Source of the DNA: an uncultured Syntrophaceae bacterium
GTDB taxonomy: Bacteria; Desulfobacterota; Syntrophia; Syntrophales; PHBD01
Direction of reading: 5' to 3'
Length of the DNA stretch: 64,000 nucleotides
Assembly: GCA_964578535.1 (NCBI GenBank)
Contig: CAZODI010000008.1
Coordinates: 1,815-65,814 of the forward strand
Below, in pieces: positions 58,300 through 64,000 of the stretch (position 1 is its first letter; each line of letters starts with the position of its first letter). The notes beneath the pieces are model-generated. The model saw only the letters and a program-made list of their open reading frames with translations. It searched no databases and was not told where the DNA came from. Made by a program: the position numbers and the translations under genes.

Positions 58300-58547
58300 G
58301 ACGACTCCGCTTTTTTCCGCTCAGAGATCACCCGGTCGACCAGGTCGATGAAGTGGAAAATGTTGAGCCGCGCCTCCTCATGCTCGCCGCCGTCCACGCA
58401 GTCCGAATACTCGAAAAAGAATCGATCCACCAGTTCCCGGTGGGCATGGCTCGCCTCGACGGACATCTGGATGCAGCCGCACATCAAGCCGTTGCAGACG
58501 TAGTCGGCGGCCTCCCGGATTTTCATCAGTTCCTCGACACTCATCAT
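58296..58547 (-). CDS. Small hypothetical protein (83 aa) with C-x4-C-x-C
   Basis: MMSVEELMKIREAADYVCNGLMCGCIQ...; stop overlaps GH15 start by 4 nt. Confidence 0.55.
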   Translation of the reverse strand: MMSVEELMKIREAADYVCNGLMCGCIQMSVEASHAHRELVDRFFFEYSDCVDGGEHEEARLNIFHFIDLVDRVISERKKAESS

Positions 58548-58675
58548 GATCGGTCCCGGAAGAAGAGTCGGCCCCGGAATGGAATTCCGAAACCGCACTT
58601 CACGATACCGCGCCTCCTCCGGCCCGTCAACCGGAGGAGGCGTCTTTCCCTCCCGGGGCAGGCGATCAGGAAGAC

Positions 58676-59194
58676 TCAGCGGGAGGATGCCGCTCTTTGC
58701 ATCTTCCTTTTGAGCCTCCATTGGAGAAACCGGACCCAGGGGCTCCAGGCCGGCAGTTTCGCCTCGCCGTCGGCCAGCCTGCGGTCCGCACCGGCCAAGG
58801 CGTCCTCGAGCAGGGCGTCATGGAGCGGACCGATGAGGAACTGCCATCTCAACCAGCTTTTGAAGTCGCACTCGGCATCCACTACATGGCGGAGCACCAC
58901 GTGGTCCTTCCTGGGAATGACCTCGAAGAAGTGGCGGCCGTCCAGGCCCGCCACCGCTCCCACCCCGCTGAAGCGGAACTCGACCCGCCTCCCCGGGACG
59001 TATTCCGAGACGGAATACCGGATCGGGCCATGCCCGCCCGAAGCGCCCACGGCCAGGGGACCGTCAAACTGCATGGCCGGCCAGCGGTGGCGGGGCCAGA
59101 GAAAATCGTCCCGGCCGGACAGGCCGTCAATGGCTCCCCCCGCTTCCGCGGGCTCCACGTTCATGCTCCGTTCGTGAATGTTCAGGACCTTCAT
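58676..59194 (-). CDS. SRPBCC/START-like family protein
   Basis: HERSM...LWP...WP.M.FDGPL.VGA.GGHGPIRY.V..Y.PG..V.F.F...LHDALLEDAL. Confidence 0.7.
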   Translation of the reverse strand: MKVLNIHERSMNVEPAEAGGAIDGLSGRDDFLWPRHRWPAMQFDGPLAVGASGGHGPIRYSVSEYVPGRRVEFRFSGVGAVAGLDGRHFFEVIPRKDHVVLRHVVDAECDFKSWLRWQFLIGPLHDALLEDALAGADRRLADGEAKLPAWSPWVRFLQWRLKRKMQRAASSR

Positions 59195-59772
59195 GGTTTC
59201 CTCCTCATGATGAATTCACAGGTTTCCCGGATCAGGGCATGAACCGCCGGCGCGGGCAGGCGGCCCTCTTCCAGGGGACGGCGCACCGCCGCCAGGGGGA
59301 CGTCGATAAGCGCGAAAACGGATCGCCGGATGCAGGCCTTCTCAGGCGATCCGAAGAAGCGAAGCGAGAAGGCCGCCATGGCCGACCGGAGATCCCCCTC
59401 CAGCTTCTCGGCCCGACGGCGGATTTCCTGGGGCCAGGGTCCCGCAACCAGTTCCTCCCTCCGATACAGGAGCAACACCCTTGCCTCCCTTGGATGGCGC
59501 CGGACCCAGCGGGGGGTGAAGAGCGCCGCGTTCACGGCGTCATCCTTTTCCAAGAGGGCAATGAAGCCTTCCTGGAACGATTCGGCCAGGTGCATCCATG
59601 CCTCCGCCAGGATGCGTTCCCGGGACTGGAACCGATGGTACACGGAACCCACGGGCGCCCCGATCCACGCCGCAATGGCGGCGATGGTCACGGCCTTCGG
59701 CCCCCCCTCGGCGATCAGTGCGAGGGCGGCATCGGCAAACTGCTCGTTCGTAAAGTGTGCTCTGCGTCCCAT
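59191..59772 (-). CDS. TetR/AcrR family regulator
   Basis: AALALIAEGG..AVTIAAIA..IGAPVGSVYHRF.SRE HTH; 4-nt overlap with SRPBCC gene. Confidence 0.92.
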   Translation of the reverse strand: MGRRAHFTNEQFADAALALIAEGGPKAVTIAAIAAWIGAPVGSVYHRFQSRERILAEAWMHLAESFQEGFIALLEKDDAVNAALFTPRWVRRHPREARVLLLYRREELVAGPWPQEIRRRAEKLEGDLRSAMAAFSLRFFGSPEKACIRRSVFALIDVPLAAVRRPLEEGRLPAPAVHALIRETCEFIMRRKP

Positions 59773-59781
59773 GGGCGTTTA

Positions 59782-59799
59782 TTAGAATGTGTATTCTAA
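59782..59799. promoter_or_regulatory. Palindromic operator, probable TetR autoregulatory site
   Basis: TTAGAAT-GTGT-ATTCTAA, 9 nt upstream of the TetR start codon in an AT-rich promoter region. Confidence 0.65.
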
Positions 59800-59870
59800 A
59801 ATGTCAAACGTTATTTTATATACTTATGGAAATATATAATGGTCGTAATGATCATCCTGTTGCCCATAAA

Positions 59871-59918
59871 AAAACAGGGCCGCTTTTTCATGCTGCTTTG
59901 AAAAAACGGACCTGTTTT
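59871..59918. terminator. Long hairpin downstream of Yip1 gene
   Basis: AAAACAGGGCCGCTTTTTCA / TGAAAAAACGGACCTGTTTT, 18 of 20 complementary. Confidence 0.55.
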
Positions 59919-59929
59919 CTGTCTTCCGG

Positions 59930-59954
59930 GGGGACAGGCCTGAAACCTGTCCCC
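59930..59954 (-). terminator. 9-bp hairpin immediately downstream of Yip1 gene
   Basis: GGGGACAGG-cctgaaa-CCTGTCCCC. Confidence 0.5.
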
Positions 59955-59970
59955 TTGTCTCAGCCCTGGA

Positions 59971-60783
59971 TCAGCGCGACTCCCGCTGCTGCTTTTCCAT
60001 GGCCTTGCGCATCTCCTCCATGGCCTTCTGCATCTCTTTGGCCTGCTCCGCGGTCATCCCAGGCTGGGGTCCCGGCTGGCCTCCCGGCTGCGGCTCGCGG
60101 GCGGATTGCTCGGCGGCCTGCTGGGCGGCCCGGGCCGCCTCTTCCGCCTGCTTCTGCAGTTTTTCGGCCTGCTCCATGTACTTCTTCTGCATGACCTCCG
60201 CTTCCTTCTGCAGCCGCTCCGTCTCGACGAGCGCCTTCCTGGCGGCGTACTGGCCTGAGAGGCTCATCACGGCCAGGACGATGGCAATGATGCCGAACAC
60301 CGTCCAGGCCTTTCGGGCGGGAATCCCGTGTGTCTCCACGCTGGCGATGACGTAGTAGTAGCAGGCGATCCCCAGGGAGAGGAGGGATCCGGCATAGGGA
60401 ATCAGGTTCAGGACCGTCATGATGGGAGAGAGGGCCGAGACGTAGGCCACGCATCGGTATGAGGTCTCGTAGGGCTCCTCGGAACCCATGAGCTTCCAGA
60501 TGGCGAACAGGATGGCCGCGGCGACGAACCCCATGACGGCGATGGCGATGGGAATCATCACGATGGAGCCCAGCGCCATGCCGATGCTCGCCTTGAACTG
60601 CAGTCCCAGGAAACTGAACACGGCATGCAGAAGCCCGCTGACGACGCCCATGGCAACCATGAAAATCAGGGGTTCGACATACCCTCCCGTTTTGGGCATC
60701 TCCCGGAAAAAGGCCGCGGGAGACATGACGACCTTCAGGGCCGTCTGGGGGATCTCCGCTACGTTGATGTTCTGGTCTGCCAT
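59971..60783 (-). CDS. Yip1 family membrane protein with C-terminal coiled coil
   Basis: SP..FF..M, five TM, YETSYRCVAY; Q/E/A-rich C-terminal tail. Confidence 0.82.
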   Translation of the reverse strand: MADQNINVAEIPQTALKVVMSPAAFFREMPKTGGYVEPLIFMVAMGVVSGLLHAVFSFLGLQFKASIGMALGSIVMIPIAIAVMGFVAAAILFAIWKLMGSEEPYETSYRCVAYVSALSPIMTVLNLIPYAGSLLSLGIACYYYVIASVETHGIPARKAWTVFGIIAIVLAVMSLSGQYAARKALVETERLQKEAEVMQKKYMEQAEKLQKQAEEAARAAQQAAEQSAREPQPGGQPGPQPGMTAEQAKEMQKAMEEMRKAMEKQQRESR

Positions 60784-60842
60784 TCCATCCTCCTATTCAA
60801 TGATGTCAAGACTGCTCTGTCCGGGCCATCCGACCCTTCGTT

Positions 60843-61580
60843 TCAACTCATCTTCCGGATCCGAACCTCGATATCCTTTTCATTTTTCAGCAGATCCTTC
60901 AGCCTGCCCGTTGCCGTGCCTCCAAAATGGTAGGGATACAGAACGCGCGGCCGGAACGCCTTTGCGGCATCCGCCACCATCTCCGGCGTCATTGTGTAGG
61001 GCAGGTTCATCGGCAGAAAGGCGATGTCGATGCCCTTGAGCGCCTTCATTTCGGGCGTGTTTTCCGTATCGCCGGCGATGTAGATCCGCTTGCCGCCGCA
61101 GGTAACGATATACCCGTTTCCGACGCCCTTCGGGTGATACGGGACTCCGAAACTTCGCATGTGAACGAGGTTGTACGCCGGGACCGCCTCGATCCTGAAT
61201 CCTCCGGCCTCCCGGACGTCGCCGTTGTTCATGACGATGCTTCCCTTGAGCTGCCGGCCGGCCGTCCCGTTGGCCACGACGACCGTCGCGGCCTTGCCGA
61301 TGAGGCCGACGGCCTTGAGGTCCAAGTGGTCGGAGTGCTCATGGGTGACGAGGATCAGGTCCGCCTTCGGCAGTTTGCCGTAGTCGGCATACTGGCTGAC
61401 CGGGTCCACGTGGATTACTTTGCCGCCGACGGACATCATCAGGGTTCCGTGGCCGATGAACGTGATGGTCAGGTCACCTTCCGGGGTGGGGAAAACATCG
61501 GTCTCAAAGGCCTGCCCCGCACCGGCAGCCATGGCCATGGAAATCAGCATGCCCGCACAGAAGATGGAAATTCTTCCCAT
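60843..61580 (-). CDS. MBL-fold metallo-hydrolase, exported
   Basis: Signal peptide; GHGT, IHVDP, THEHSDH, YIAGDT, YPYH. Confidence 0.9.
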   Translation of the reverse strand: MGRISIFCAGMLISMAMAAGAGQAFETDVFPTPEGDLTITFIGHGTLMMSVGGKVIHVDPVSQYADYGKLPKADLILVTHEHSDHLDLKAVGLIGKAATVVVANGTAGRQLKGSIVMNNGDVREAGGFRIEAVPAYNLVHMRSFGVPYHPKGVGNGYIVTCGGKRIYIAGDTENTPEMKALKGIDIAFLPMNLPYTMTPEMVADAAKAFRPRVLYPYHFGGTATGRLKDLLKNEKDIEVRIRKMS

Positions 61581-61677
61581 AACGACCTCCTTGTCCGGAC
61601 GGGACCGCGGCGGATGCCCGTGCGCGGTCCGTCCCGATGCGCTCGGGAATGGAACCAGCCGAATCGTCTATATGTCT

Positions 61678-62484
61678 TCAGCGCCCTTTGAAATCCGGGG
61701 GCCGCTTCTCGAAGAAGGCGGTGACGGCTTCGATCAGGTCCTCCGACGGGACAACGGCGGCGTTCTTCTGGGCCACATACCGGAGTCCCGGGTAAATACC
61801 CTGATCGCGGCTGTAGAGGATCACGTCCTTGGTGCCCTGCACGGCCAGGGGGGCGCAGCCGGCGATCTCGGCGGCCAGTTTCCCTGCCTCCCGGTACAGG
61901 GCGTCCCTGTCTTCGCAGACCCGGGTGAGGAATCCCATCTTCAGGGCCTCCTCGGCGCCGAAATCCCGGCCCGACAGCGCCAGTTCCCGGAACCAGCCGT
62001 GCCCGACGATGTGGGGCATGCGCTGCAGCGTACCCACGTCGGCGATGAAGGCGACACGGGTCTCCCGGATGCTGAAGACGGCGTCCCGGGTTCCGTAACG
62101 CACGTCGGCGGCACAGACGAAATCCACCCCGCCGCCGATGCAGTGTCCATGAATGGCGGCGATGACCGGCTTTCTGCACAGCTCGACGGCATTGATTCCC
62201 TCCTGCGCATCGAGAATCATCCCGCGGAATTTTTCCCGTGTGCCGGTGCTGGGATCCGCGCAGGCGCCCCCCAGCTCGGCCAGGTCGGTCCCGGCGGTGA
62301 AGCTCTTGCCCTCGGCGCGGATCACGACGACCCGAACGTTCGGATCCTGGTCGAAACGGGTGAACAGTTCCTTCAGGCCGAGGTAAAAGGCGAACCCCAT
62401 GGCGTTTCGCTTCTCCGGGCGATTCAGCACCAGCCAGGCGATGTGGCCGTCCATCTCCACCTTGAAAATATCGTCAACAGACAT
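61678..62484 (-). CDS. Crotonase family, delta3,5-delta2,4-dienoyl-CoA isomerase (ECH1)-like
   Basis: LNRPEKRNAM, FTAGTDL, AIHGHCIGGG, IRET...ADVGTLQRMP. Confidence 0.88.
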   Translation of the reverse strand: MSVDDIFKVEMDGHIAWLVLNRPEKRNAMGFAFYLGLKELFTRFDQDPNVRVVVIRAEGKSFTAGTDLAELGGACADPSTGTREKFRGMILDAQEGINAVELCRKPVIAAIHGHCIGGGVDFVCAADVRYGTRDAVFSIRETRVAFIADVGTLQRMPHIVGHGWFRELALSGRDFGAEEALKMGFLTRVCEDRDALYREAGKLAAEIAGCAPLAVQGTKDVILYSRDQGIYPGLRYVAQKNAAVVPSEDLIEAVTAFFEKRPPDFKGR

Positions 62485-62805
62485 ACATCCTCCTTCCTGG
62501 AAAACGCGGCAGCCCCGACTCCGGGGCCTGCCTTTGATTGACTGCCGGGAGCACCGTCGTGGATCGGCCGGCGCTCCTTTCCATGGCGCGCATCATATGC
62601 CAATCCCAAGAGCCGCTCAATCATCTTTTTGCAAGACCTGCAACGGGTGTTCGCCAACAGTCGCGGTGTATACTTTGTGCACATCCGTGGAACCCGGATT
62701 GTGTATTTTTTACCCTGTTGATCACCCATGCATCGCGTTGCCGCTTCCCGTCGGTTTAACAGAATGCAAGTGATATCAGTCGATTGCATAGTGCCGGTGC
62801 GGCAC

Positions 62806-62821
62806 TGGCATACGGATTGCA
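62806..62821 (+). promoter_or_regulatory. Sigma-54 (-24/-12) promoter
   Basis: TGGCATA-CGGA-TTGCA, exact GG-N10-GC spacing, 113 nt upstream of the 62935 gene. Confidence 0.7.
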
Positions 62822-62934
62822 TTTTTCATAAAACAGGTTCAAGCTTTGGGGCAGGAATGCGCCCGAATACAGAGAGTCCCGCCGTCGAATCATCCTGATC
62901 GGGGCGGCGGGGTCATTCCGGAAGGAGAAAAAAC

Positions 62935-63561
62935 ATGAAGCCAGATCGTTCGGCATCGACTGTCAGGCAGGGATGGAAGCGGCGGTTCTCGAGGACCGGT
63001 TTCACACTGGCGGTCCTTCTTTCGGTTCTCGCCCTGTCCGCCTGCTACCATCAGGCACCCTATCGCGAGGTCTCGCCGGCTGCTCCAGAAGACACAGTCG
63101 CGGCCCAGAAGACGCCCCCCCTCACCCAGGTCTATTTCTATCCGAAAGAGGGCCAGACAGAGGAGCAGCAGTCCCGCGACCATTACGAATGCTACAACTG
63201 GGCGGTGAAGCAGACTGCGTTCGACCCGGGACGCTCGTCCATTCCCATTGAGCAGCGCATCCAGGTGGTCCCGCTGCCTCCGCCGGGATTTGAGACCATC
63301 CGCATGGCCATTGCGGGGGCGGTTCTGGGTGCCCTGATCGGCGGCCACCGGCATGCCGGCGGAGGAGCCCTGATCGGCGCGGCTGGTGGTGCCTTCGCCG
63401 GGGCGATGTCCGAGGCGGCCCGGCAGGAGCAGCTCCGGCAGATCGAGGAGGCCCATGCCCGCGATCGCCAGGCGCAAAACTCGCAGATCAGGGAACAGGA
63501 GCTCCGCTTCCGGCGTGCGATGTCCGCCTGCCTGGAAGGGCGGGGTTATACGGTCCAATAG
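62935..63561 (+). CDS. Glycine-zipper lipoprotein
   Basis: LSAC lipobox; YFYPKEGQ..EQQ..D.YECY.WA; glycine zipper GAVLGALIG..GAAGGAFAG; ACLEGRGYTV. Confidence 0.85.
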   Translation: MKPDRSASTVRQGWKRRFSRTGFTLAVLLSVLALSACYHQAPYREVSPAAPEDTVAAQKTPPLTQVYFYPKEGQTEEQQSRDHYECYNWAVKQTAFDPGRSSIPIEQRIQVVPLPPPGFETIRMAIAGAVLGALIGGHRHAGGGALIGAAGGAFAGAMSEAARQEQLRQIEEAHARDRQAQNSQIREQELRFRRAMSACLEGRGYTVQ

Positions 63562-63670
63562 GGGCATCGCGCAGATCGGGCCCCTCGTCTTTTATCCGGA
63601 GGCGGAGAACCGGATGTGCAGTCCGTGCCCCTGCTTCCGTTTGCCCCGTAGCGGGCTGGAGGGAATCGCC

Positions 63671-64000
63671 ATGTCGATGAATTTCATGAAACATAGAAGC
63701 ATTCTATCCGGGCTGGCGGCGGCGGTCCTTACGTCCGTCCTGCTCCTGGCGACCGTGGAGACGGCGCCGGCGCAGCCGCCACGCCCCGGCCCTCGCGGTC
63801 AATGGGAGTACCGGGACATGCGCTATCACCACAACCGGGCCTATCCGTACCGGGGTCGGCATATCCGGATCCTGCCGCCACATCACCGCGTCGTCGTCTA
63901 TGGCGGCCTGAGCTACTACTTCTCAGACGGTGCCTGGTATCTGCCGTCGGGGCCCAACTTCGTGGTCGTCGTACCGCCGGTGGGGCTGGTCGTTCCCTTC
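63671..64000 (+). CDS. DUF6515-like secreted protein, 3'-truncated by window edge
   Basis: Open frame MSMNFMKHRSILSGLAAAVL...LPPHHRVVVYGGLSYYFSDGAWYLPSGPNFVVVVPPVG; RBS GGAGG. Confidence 0.75.
   Translation, partial: MSMNFMKHRSILSGLAAAVLTSVLLLATVETAPAQPPRPGPRGQWEYRDMRYHHNRAYPYRGRHIRILPPHHRVVVYGGLSYYFSDGAWYLPSGPNFVVVVPPVGLVVPF

Overview
High-GC bacterial chromosome segment. Gene content (PAS-LuxR regulators, DUF401, DUF6125, DUF1846, CNCCxCCC ferredoxin-like proteins, a selenoprotein) suggests an anaerobic deltaproteobacterium (Desulfobacterota/Syntrophales-like); this is inference, no database search was possible. About 68 CDS are supported. No rRNA, tRNA, CRISPR array or transposase/integrase was recognised. 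Main result: a 13-gene minus-strand cluster (48888 to 38523) encoding two paralogous ~65-aa proteins, a DUF4388/roadblock-like fusion and its stand-alone paralog, MglB, MglA, a possible scaffold, a 52-aa zinc-ribbon protein missing from the ORF track, a DUF3426 membrane protein, a GAF-PilB/GspE ATPase, a J-domain protein with four MshEN-like motifs, a Crp-family regulator and a small membrane protein. Two perfect TGTGA-N6-TCACA boxes bracket the cluster, one at class II promoter spacing, and a YggT-like/class III cyclase gene lies about 3.4 kb downstream. Second result: a C-GCAxxG-C-C family gene with an in-frame UGA at the first Cys position followed by an fdhF-like SECIS hairpin. Also present: an ECF sigma/anti-sigma pair with a candidate autoregulatory promoter, permease-less solute-binding proteins coupled to histidine kinases, a eukaryote-type hexokinase, an AT-rich insert, a TetR operator and a sigma-54 promoter. 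Many starts were moved from the ORF track to RBS-supported codons and remain predictions.
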